DNA of 64,000 nucleotides from an uncultured Veillonellaceae bacterium (GTDB lineage Bacteria; Bacillota; Negativicutes; Veillonellales; Dialisteraceae): NCBI GenBank assembly GCA_958348245.1, contig CATVYJ010000005.1, positions 13,625 to 77,624 of the forward strand, read 5' to 3'. Shown piece by piece: positions 9,028 to 17,515 of this stretch (position 1 is its first letter; each line of letters starts with the position of its first letter). The notes under the pieces were generated by a model. It saw only the letters and a program-made list of their open reading frames with translations, ran no database searches and was not told where the DNA came from. The position numbers and the translations under genes were made by a program.

Positions 9028-11654
9028 GACCGCTGCGGCTGGAAATGACGGCCTTCGGGCCCTACGCGGGACACACCGCGCTCGACTTCACGAGCCTCGG
9101 GGAGAACCGGCTCTTCCTCATCTGCGGGCCGACGGGCGCGGGGAAATCCACCATCCTCGACGCCATGTGTTACGCCCTCTACGGGAAAACCAGCGGCGGC
9201 GAACGGAGCGGCGCGGGCCTGCGAAGCAGCTACGCCGGCCCGGACGTGCTGACCGAGGTGACCTTTGATTTCGCCATCGGCGACAAAGTCTACCGCATCC
9301 GGCGCTGCCCGGAGCAGATGCGGCAGGGCCGGAGGAAATCGGGACAACTCGTCCAGCAGAAGGCCGAGTCCGCCCTCTACGAGCTGGACGGGCCGGAACC
9401 GCGGCTCCTCGCGTCGAAAGAGACGGAGAAGCGCGCCGCCGAACTCCTCGGCGTGGGCGTGGACCAGTTCCGGCAGATCATCCTCCTGCCGCAGGGCGAA
9501 TTCCGCCGGCTCCTTCTGGCGGACTCGAAAGAACGGCAGGGCATCATGCGCCAGCTCTTCCACACGGAGCTCTACGAAGAGCTGGAAGACGCCATCGGGA
9601 CGAAAGCGCGGGAGCTGGAGAAACGGAGGAAAGAAGCCGACCTGACCCTCCAGACGCGGCTCTCCGCGTGCGGCGCGGACACGGTGGAAGCGCTCGCGGC
9701 GAAAACTGCCGAAGCGGAGAAAGAAACGGAAGCGGCCCGCCGGCAGTGCGAAGCGGCGGAGAGAGAGGAAGCGGCCTTCCGGAAAGACTACGACGCGGCG
9801 CAGGCCCTCGCGGGCGCATGGGCGCGGCTCGAAGCGGCGGAAGCCGCAGGGCGCGCGCTGGCCGCAAAAAAAGATGCGATGGAACGGCAGGCCGCCGAAG
9901 TGGAGCGCATCGCCGCGGCGGCCCGGCTGAAAGATGCGAAGGAAGCGCTCGACCGGACTCTCGCCGAAGGCAGGGAAGAAGCGGCCCGGCTGCAGGACAT
10001 CGCCGCCCGGCTGGCGCGCCTCCGGGACGCACAGGCGGCGGCCGGGCGGGCCGCGGCGGCCCTCGAAGCGGAAGCGCCCCGGCGGAAAGCGCAGGCGGAA
10101 GAAGCGGCGCGTCTCGTGCACACGGCCGAGCTCGCGGCAGGCTGCCGGCAGGCGGCGGACGCGGCGGCCCGGGCCGAAGCGGCGTGGAAGCGCGCGGCGG
10201 CGGCGCGGCAGGCCGCGGAGAAAAAGAAACAGGCGGCGGAGGCCGCGCGGGCGGCGGCGCGGCAGGATGCGTCGGCGTACGAGCTGGCCTTCCTCCACGG
10301 ACAGGCGGCGTACCTCGCCTCCAGCCTTCGAGACGGCGAGCCCTGCCCCGTGTGCGGCGCGGTCCATCACCCCGCGCCCGCCGCGTCCGCAGGCGGCCTG
10401 CCGGACAAGAGCGCCGTAGAAGCGAAACGGCAGGCCGCCGATGCGGCCGACCGGGCGGCGGAAGAAGCGGCGCGGGCCGCGGACGAAGCACGGCAGATAG
10501 AAAATGCCTGCGCGTCCGACCGGGCCGCCGCGTCCGCCGCGCTCGAAATGATCGAGAAAGAACTCCCGCCGGACCTGCGGGATCCCGAAGCGATACAGCG
10601 GCGGCGGGCGGCGCTCCTCCGGGAGCAGGCGCAGTGGGAGAAAGACACTCGGGACGCGCAGACCCGCCGGCAGCAGGCGGGCGAAGCGCTGAAAAGCGCG
10701 GAAAAAGAAGAAGAACTCACCCGGAGCCGCGTAGACACCCTCCGCGCCCGGTATACGGAGCATAGAGAGACCCTCCTAGCGCGGGCGCAGGCCGCAGGCT
10801 TTGCGGACATCGCGGCCTTCGAGCCCTACTTCGCCCGGCTCAGCGAAGAAGCGGCGCTCCGGCGGGCGCTCACCGACTACGAAGCTGCCGTGAAAGCCGA
10901 AAAAGCCAAAGCGGACGCGGCGCGGCAGGACACCGGCGGCGCGCCGAAGCCGGACATGGCGCAGTGGGAGGCCCGGCAGGCCGCCGTCTCCGCCCGCACG
11001 AGAGACGCCGTGGCCGCCCTGGCCCGGTGGCGGAGCACCCTCGCTCTCTGCCGGGACACCCGGCAGGCGGCGGACGCCATCCTTGCCGGGCAGCGTGACA
11101 TCGACCGGCAGTACCTGCTGGCAGGCCGTCTGGCGAAACTCTTCCGCGGCGACGAGAACGGCGTGAATCTGGAGCGCTTCGTCCTGGGCGCTCTCCTCGA
11201 CGACGTGCTCCGCGCGGCCAATCTCCGCCTCTCCGCCATGAGCGGCGGACGCTACCAGCTCTCCCGGCGGCTGGACCGGGACGACCGGCGGAAAAAGAGC
11301 GGCCTCGATCTGGACGTCTTCGACAGCTACACCGGACAGGCCCGCCCGGCGAATACCCTCTCCGGGGGCGAGACCTTCCTCGCCTCCCTCTCGCTCGCCC
11401 TCGGCCTCGCCGATGTGGTGCAGGAATACGCCGGCGGCATCTGCCTCGACGCCATCTTCATCGACGAAGGCTTCGGCACCCTCGACGCGGAAAGCCTCGA
11501 CCTCGCCCTCCGCACCCTCACCGCTCTCCAGAGCGCGGACCGCCTCGTGGGCATCATCTCCCACGTGGCCGAGCTCGCCGAGCGCATCCCCGCCCAGCTC
11601 CGCGTCACAAAGACCGACTGCGGCAGCACCGCCGCCTTCTCCGTGCGCGCATAA
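9024..11654 (+). CDS. sbcC: exonuclease SbcCD, ATPase subunit C (Rad50/SMC-like, coiled coil with CxxC zinc hook)
   Basis: MRPLRLEMTAFGPYAGHTALDF...ICGPTGAGKSTILDAMCYALYGK (Walker A). A long Ala/Glu/Arg coiled coil contains GEPCPVCGAVHHP (hook). The C-terminal signature LSGGETFLASLSLALGLAD is followed by FIDEGFGTLD. The start overlaps the sbcD stop (ATGA). Confidence 0.9.
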   Translation: MRPLRLEMTAFGPYAGHTALDFTSLGENRLFLICGPTGAGKSTILDAMCYALYGKTSGGERSGAGLRSSYAGPDVLTEVTFDFAIGDKVYRIRRCPEQMRQGRRKSGQLVQQKAESALYELDGPEPRLLASKETEKRAAELLGVGVDQFRQIILLPQGEFRRLLLADSKERQGIMRQLFHTELYEELEDAIGTKARELEKRRKEADLTLQTRLSACGADTVEALAAKTAEAEKETEAARRQCEAAEREEAAFRKDYDAAQALAGAWARLEAAEAAGRALAAKKDAMERQAAEVERIAAAARLKDAKEALDRTLAEGREEAARLQDIAARLARLRDAQAAAGRAAAALEAEAPRRKAQAEEAARLVHTAELAAGCRQAADAAARAEAAWKRAAAARQAAEKKKQAAEAARAAARQDASAYELAFLHGQAAYLASSLRDGEPCPVCGAVHHPAPAASAGGLPDKSAVEAKRQAADAADRAAEEAARAADEARQIENACASDRAAASAALEMIEKELPPDLRDPEAIQRRRAALLREQAQWEKDTRDAQTRRQQAGEALKSAEKEEELTRSRVDTLRARYTEHRETLLARAQAAGFADIAAFEPYFARLSEEAALRRALTDYEAAVKAEKAKADAARQDTGGAPKPDMAQWEARQAAVSARTRDAVAALARWRSTLALCRDTRQAADAILAGQRDIDRQYLLAGRLAKLFRGDENGVNLERFVLGALLDDVLRAANLRLSAMSGGRYQLSRRLDRDDRRKKSGLDLDVFDSYTGQARPANTLSGGETFLASLSLALGLADVVQEYAGGICLDAIFIDEGFGTLDAESLDLALRTLTALQSADRLVGIISHVAELAERIPAQLRVTKTDCGSTAAFSVRA

Positions 11655-11671
11655 TATAAGGAAATAAAAAG

Positions 11672-11695
11672 GCAGGCCTCCGGGGCTGCTTTTTG
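11672..11695 (+). terminator. intrinsic terminator after sbcC
   Basis: ggcaggcctccggggctgcttttt. Confidence 0.5.
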
Positions 11696-11769
11696 CGTGC
11701 TTTGCGTGCGGCTGCGGTGCCCGGGCATCTTTCCCGGACAATTTATTTTAGGATAGGAATTAATGAATA

Positions 11770-11798
11770 TTGAAATGGGAAAACAGGCAGTTTATAAT
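11770..11798 (+). promoter_or_regulatory. sigma70-like promoter TTGAAA-N17-TATAAT for the autotransporter gene
   Basis: ttgaaa tgggaaaacaggcagtt tataat, about 58 nt upstream of the ATG at 11857. Confidence 0.5.
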
Positions 11799-11856
11799 AA
11801 TGGAAACGATATATCCCGGCGAAGCGCGGGATCGTTGCAAAGAAAGGGGTACGCTC

Positions 11857-14800
11857 ATGAACAGAATTTACAAAGTCGTGTGGAACGCGGCGCGGAACGC
11901 TTACGTCGTCGGTTCCGAATTCATCCACAGCAGCCGCAGGGCGGGGGGGGTGGAACAGTAACCGCCGCCTCGCCCGGGCCGCTCTCGCCGCCTGCGCGGT
12001 CTGCACGCTTCTGACCTTCCCGGCCGCGCCGTCCATGGCCGCCGGTGCCACGGCAAGTGAAGGAAATTATCTGGCTTTTTTATCAGATAGCAGCAACACG
12101 GATTATAGATGGGGAAGACCGGTATCGACTAAAACATTTGATGGATACACCTATAATCGTGTGTTGGGAAGTGACGGAAAATATTACTGGGTGCGTGACG
12201 GATATACCATTCAGATTGTAGACGAAAGCGAACGCTTCGATCAGGCGGGACAGAATACGGTCATTCGCACGTATAAGGATAGCGACTGGACCTCGGAGGA
12301 TGCGAAAGGGTTGATTCAATCTTTCCAGAATGTGTCGCAGTCCATGGGAATCACCACACTGAATGGGGATACGCTGTATTCGACGAGCACTTCCGTTTAC
12401 GGTGGGGCTGTCAATACCACGACAACTGGCGTTTCCAGCACGCAGGAATTTTATTTGCAGGGAACCAATTCCAGCAATGCGGTGCATCTCGGCGGAAATG
12501 GCGCATCCTTAAGTTCCCGATTCAACTGGCAGGATGTCTCCTATGATGAGAATACAAAGTTGTATTCTTATAAAGGCCAGGTAGTGTCCAAGAATAATCT
12601 GTATGCCATTACTTACGGGAATACGGTGCGTGTAGGCGTATTTACCAATGCGGACGGGTCTTTGTTTACGGGGGACGTTTACGGAGCTAATAATGAAATC
12701 CTCATGACGGCCACCGATGCCAGCGGGAATTATGTCAGCTATTGGGGCAGTGAAATCGTCGACCCGAATGAAAGCATTGCCAATATGACGGTTTCGGATT
12801 TGCAGGACAAGTTTGATGAAGTCGATGCAAATGTAAAGAAAATTCAGAAAGATGATATCAACCATATTCAGCTGGGAACAACAACTGGCGGCGGGACTAT
12901 CGGGCTTGTCACCAACGGTGGTGCAGAAATTCCCGGCGGCATCACCGTCACCAGCACCGGCGGCACGGGCGGTGAAGATGTGCAGATTACCTTCGCTAAC
13001 CAGACAGACCCCGATGATGAAAGCACCAAGTCCTCTTTCTCCATTAACGCAGGCTCCAAAGTCGTAGCGAATGATACCACCGGCACCAGCAAGGGAACGC
13101 TGAACAGCATTTCCATCAATGGAGAGAGCTATACCCTCGCGAGCGGCGGCGCGTCCGTGACAAGCGGCTCCATTAGTGATACCGGCTATATCAATCTGAA
13201 ACAGGGGGAAACAGATACAACCGGAATCACCCTGGGCGGTCGCCTGCACGACTATGCGCTGGTATCGAATAAAGACGGCGATAAAGATGTGCCGTATACC
13301 GTAAGCGACAACGGCACGGTCACGCTCACCGTACAGGATAAATACAACGCGGATAACAAAGAGACCGTCACCATCAGCGGCATCGCCAGCACGGATGCAC
13401 TGGATGCGGCGGCTGCCAAAGCCACGACAGAAGTTATCGGCAGCGACAATATTACAGTAGGCGATCCGGCGTACGACGAAAAAGATGGTCACGCGATTTA
13501 CAAAGTCGAGCTGAACGACGACCTCACGCTCGGTGGAAAAGATGGACAGAATGGCTCCGTCAGCATCAAAGGCGGTGAAGGAAGCATTTCCGTGACGACC
13601 GGTACGGGCGACAATGCTTCTACCATCAATATCGGAAGCGGCCTTGTAAGCGGACTGACGAATACGACTTGGAATGCGGAGGCCGATTACAGCAAATCGA
13701 CCAACGCGGCGACGGAAGCACAGCTGCAAAGCGCGGTGAGCAGTATAACTACCGCAGTGGATGCGGCGGCGACGGAAGTTGTTGGCAGCGATAATATTAC
13801 TGTAGGTGAGCCGAAGTACGATGAAGAAGACGGTCACGCGATTTACAAAGTTGAGCTGAACGACGACCTCACGCTCGGTGGAAAAGATGGACAGAACGGC
13901 TCCGTCAGCATCAAAGGCAGTGAAGGAAGCATTTCCGTGACGACCGGTACGGGTGACGACGCGTCCACGATTACCATTGGCAGCGGTACGATTACGGGTC
14001 TCACCAATGAGATTACGAATTGGAGCACGTTTGTCAGTGATGATTCTGATGCGAAAACCAGTACGCACGCGGCGACGTTGGCCGAATTGTATGAACTGTC
14101 GCAGCACAGCGTTTTTTATGCGATGAATGGGGATGCCATTGATTATGGCACAATCAATCTGGCCAATTCCTACAGCAACAAATCCGGCGGCACGTTGATT
14201 TATAATGTGGCCTATGCGGTGACCGATGCGAATGCCGAGGGATACAACGGCAGTGCGGCGGTCAATGTGGATTTGCTGAAAGATTATGTGAGCAGTAAAG
14301 TGGAAGCGGCTGCGGGAGACCTGAAAGACACGCATTTGCTTGCCAACCCGGTAGCAGGGAGCGAGGGCGTGTATACGGTGACGGATGACAACAAAATCAA
14401 TTTGGCTGTAGGCACCGGGGAAGAGGGAGACACGCCGACGACGGTGACCATCGAGGACGTGGCCTCTGCAACGGACCTCGGTGATGTGAGCCAGCTGCAT
14501 GACGATCTGAAAGCCGCCGAAGGCGATACGACCAATGTGGTAGACGCCATCAACAAAGTGGACACCAAGGTGGAAGAGGTCAAAGAAGATATTGGAGACC
14601 TGAATTATGTGGAAGGTGAAGCGGGGACAAAAGGCAATGTCGTGACCAATGGCAGCAGTGTGACGGATGCCATTGGCGCACTCGATGCGGCGATTGGAAC
14701 TGCGTCAAGCGATGCAAAGAAGCATAGCTCTGTCATCAGCGGCAGTGATAATATCAAAGTTGATTCCAGTAAAACCAATTCAACTGGCGGCACAGAGTAT

Positions 14801-15715
14801 CAGGTGACGCTGAGTGATGACCTGAGCCTGAAAGATAAAGATGGAAATGAGACGATTTCCATCAAGGGGAGTGAAGGCACGATTTCCGCCACGGGCAATA
14901 TTTCCGCGGGGTCTTTCACGACGACCGGCGGGATTTCCATCGGGAAGAATACGGACGGCACGAATGTGGTGAGCGGCCTCGGCAATACGTCGTGGAATGC
15001 TTCGGCGGACTACAGCGGTTCTACGCAGGCCGCGACGGAAGCACAGCTCCAGAAAGCGACCGAAGGCGCGGTGCAGTATGACCGCAAGGACGACGGCACC
15101 GTGAACAAGGGCAGTATTTCGCTCGGCTACACCAATGATGCGGGCGAGCAGCAGTACACGACGATTCGCAATGTGGCCGATGGGACAGCAACTCACGACG
15201 CGGTGAACGTGGGACAGCTCCAGCAGGTGGAGAATCAGGTCATCAACAACAGCATGAATATCAGCATGCTGGAAGGGTCCATTCATCGTCTGGATAACCG
15301 CATCGACCGCGTGGGCGCGGGCGCGGCGGCTCTGGCGGCGCTCCATCCGCTGGACTACGACCCGGACGCGAAGTGGGACTTCGCCGCGGGCGTGGGCAAT
15401 TACCGCAGCGCCACCGCCACGGCCATCGGCGCGTACTACCGGCCCAATGAGGACGTGATGTTCTCCGTGGGCGGCTCCTTCGGCGGCGGGGAGAATATGG
15501 TGAACGCCGGCGTGTCCTTCAAGCTGGGCAGCGGCTCCGGCCATGTGACCACGTCGAAAGCGGCCATGGCGCGGGAACTGGCGGCCATGAAGGAGACCGT
15601 GGCGCAGCAGAACGCGCAGATCGAGCAGCAGGCGGCGCAGATCGCCGAACTCACCGCACTGGTGCAGAAGCTCGCCGGCGAAGCGGCCGCTTCGGAGACG
15701 GACGCGGAAGCGTGA
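11857..15715 (+). CDS. trimeric autotransporter adhesin (YadA-like; ESPR signal, repetitive stalk, C-terminal YadA anchor). It is interrupted by a +1 frame change at a G8 tract and is phase-OFF as assembled.
   Basis: Frame 1 gives MNRIYKVVWNAARNAYVVGSEFIHSSRRAGG (ESPR) and stops at 11959-11961. Frame 2 is open from 11861 and continues across the G-tract with ...WNSNRRLARAALAACAVCTLLTFPAAPSMAAGATASE (signal h-region plus AxA site) through to ...NVGQLQQVENQ...ALAALHPLDYDPDAKWDFAAGVGNYRSATATAIGAYYRPNEDVMFSVGGSFGGGENMVNAGVSFKLGSG (YadA anchor). Confidence 0.8.
11943..11950 (+). repeat. homopolymeric G8 tract at the junction of the autotransporter signal peptide and passenger (slipped-strand phase-variation candidate)
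   Basis: gcaggg c gggggggg tgg. Deleting 1 G or adding 2 would fuse the ESPR exon to the 1285-aa body. Confidence 0.7.
13404..14000 (+). repeat. tandem duplication (period about 357 bp, 119 aa) inside the adhesin stalk. A third degenerate copy lies about 14.72-15.06 kb.
   Basis: ATEVIGSDNITVGDPAYDEKDGHAIYKVELNDDLTLGGKDGQNGSVSIKGGEGSISVTTGTGDNASTINIGSG is repeated as ATEVVGSDNITVGEPKYDEEDGHAIYKVELNDDLTLGGKDGQNGSVSIKGSEGSISVTTGTGDDASTITIGSG. Long runs are identical at the DNA level. Confidence 0.75.
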
Positions 15716-15727
15716 GGGAGGCGCGCC

Positions 15728-16000
15728 ATGGTGCGGGTGTGCCCTTCCTGCGGCAAAGTGTTCATGCCGAAGCGGTGCACGCAGAAATACTGCTGCACGA
15801 AGTGCCGGCGCTACGGCACTCGCCACGCGTTCTTTCCGTCTGAGGAAGAAGACGCGCCGGTGCTGCGCACATTTCTCTGCGCCCGGTGCGGCGCGGAAGT
15901 GCGGGTGACGTCGGCCCGGGACCAGCGGAAGCGGTTCTGCTCGGTGCACTGCGAGCGCATGTACTGGAAGCACAGACGGGCGGAACGTCCGCAGGAATGA
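15728..16000 (+). CDS. small Cys-rich (double zinc-ribbon-like) protein immediately downstream of the adhesin gene
   Basis: 90 aa, MVRVCPSCGKVF...KYCCTKCRRYG...CARCGAEV...CSVHCERMYWKH. Four CxxC-type pairs. A terminator follows. Confidence 0.5.
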   Translation: MVRVCPSCGKVFMPKRCTQKYCCTKCRRYGTRHAFFPSEEEDAPVLRTFLCARCGAEVRVTSARDQRKRFCSVHCERMYWKHRRAERPQE

Positions 16001-16010
16001 AAGAAGAAAA

Positions 16011-16045
16011 GAGCAGGTTCAGCAGCCTGCTCTTTTTCTTTTTTC
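16011..16045 (+). terminator. intrinsic terminator (gagcagg ttcagca cctgctc + U-rich)
   Basis: gagcaggttcagcagcctgctctttttcttttttctgc. Confidence 0.6.
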
Positions 16046-16107
16046 TGCGCTCCGCGCGGGGAAATGCGCCATGGAGGCATGGGCGCGAGGCGCGTGGGGG
16101 CGCGGGC

Positions 16108-17233
16108 CCACAACTCAAATCCGTACGTGTCCGAAACATACGACTATTTCTGTTTTTGGAATACGATTCCAGCGTCGCCGACATTCTTTCCGGCCGCCCG
16201 GAAAGAATGTCGGCCAAGAAAGGGCCGCCGCCCAGTCACTGCGGCCTGAAATTCTGGCTGGTCACTACCCTCCGCGCAACTCGCTCGCTACGCTCGCTCA
16301 AACAGGCGCTCCGGCTGACGCCACCAGCCAGAATTTCTCCCTTCGGGCACCGGCCTCCGTTCAAATGGGCGGGGAGCTGCACCAGTACTGATCTGTTTCT
16401 TTTCAGGCAGTGTGGTGGCAGGCACATTTCAATTCGTTTGATTCATTTCGCGCAGATTCAAATGCGTCGCGTACGTGTGAAGTATGCTGGTGCGGCCCCA
16501 CATCCTTCGCTATACTTTCCCGCATGCCCGTGGAAGATTTGTGTCGCCGCTTCGCGTCTCCCTTGTTTGCTTTGTTTGTGTGCAGACGGTGCGCAGTCGG
16601 GCAAGTGGTTTAACTTTCAGCACATGACGATAGAATTTTGGTGTCGCACGCTCTCGCGTGCATCCCTTATGCGATTCTTTCTCATCATGAAGAAGCGGAC
16701 CCACATACGACGAATACCTTTCTCGTCGTATGTGGGTCTGCTTCTGTGTTTGCGATACATAAGCGAAGGGGAGCCGCCGTAAGGCGCAACGAAAAAAGGG
16801 TACGGGAATATAAGCAGGCGTATCGTATGGGCCCGGCGTTCGCCGCCGGGCAGTTCGTGCGGGCTGCTCTTTATTTGTGCAGCCTTCTTTTCACCCACTC
16901 CCCGGCCAAGCGCCGGGATGTCATCCGGCCATTAGAAAAAGAGACGGTGCGGTTTCTGAAAAACCGCAGGAGGCGGGGCGGGCTGACGCGTCTTGCAGTT
17001 TGTACTGTTACGGCGGCATGTCGCTCTGTCGTTTTACCTCTCGCTGGATGTGCGCAGGGAATTACAAACTGAGCGGCAGCCCGCCCCGGCGACAGGCTCT
17101 TTTTCTACCGGCCGGCAGCTTCTTCCTTTGTTACTTTCCATTCTTCTCTGGAGAAGAAGGAAAGTAACGACCATGGCCTCGCATGCCATAAATGGAAATA
17201 TTCGTATGTTTCGGACACGTACGGATAGATTGT
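16108..17233. mobile_element. 1.1-kb element bounded by roughly 58-bp imperfect terminal inverted repeats (core 25 bp perfect: ATCCGTACGTGTCCGAAACATACGA). It has no convincing ORF and is packed with long perfect hairpins. It may be MITE-like, an IS remnant, or a structured RNA locus.
   Basis: Left arm 16108-16166 ccacaactcaaatccgtacgtgtccgaaacatacgactatttc... Reverse complement of the right arm 17175-17233: ccacacaatctatccgtacgtgtccgaaacatacgaatatttc... Internal hairpins at 16177-16214 (17-bp perfect stem), 16247-16338 (14 bp) and 16693-16740 (16 bp). Confidence 0.45.
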
Positions 17234-17471
17234 GTGGGTCCGCAGTATTGTGAGAGAAAAATTTTCATCGTGATGTGGGTCCGCATCAGAATGAGAAAAC
17301 CATTTTGTTTTCGATGGAGGCCCGCGGCCGCATGAGAAAGAAGAAATGCGCCGCAGCTGCGTCCGCGCAAAATGCGCAGAAAGAGTTCCCCGCACGGCGT
17401 CAAATGTATGTTCTGGGTCCCGGCGGGGCGGGAAATATGGTATATTTGAAACGATACAGACAGAGGAAGTA

Positions 17472-17492
17472 CGCCCCGGGGGCGGTTTTTTC
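17472..17492 (+). terminator. leader terminator/attenuator hairpin immediately upstream of tyrS (possible T-box-type control, but the T-box motif is not clearly seen)
   Basis: acgccccgggggcggttttttc ends about 25 nt before the tyrS SD. Confidence 0.4.
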
Positions 17493-17515
17493 TTCCTCGA
17501 AGGAGACTGGAAAGG

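Noticed and set aside
11857-11961. Treating the 63-aa ORF 11770-11961 as an independent small gene.
   Set aside because: Its product is exactly an autotransporter extended signal peptide, and the downstream frame continues the signal-peptide hydrophobic core. It is the displaced 5' exon of the adhesin gene.
16050-17500. Calling protein-coding genes among the dozen overlapping 60-300-aa ORFs in this region.
   Set aside because: None has an SD plus start context or any recognisable motif. They overlap each other in all frames. The region is better explained by the TIR-bounded hairpin-rich element.
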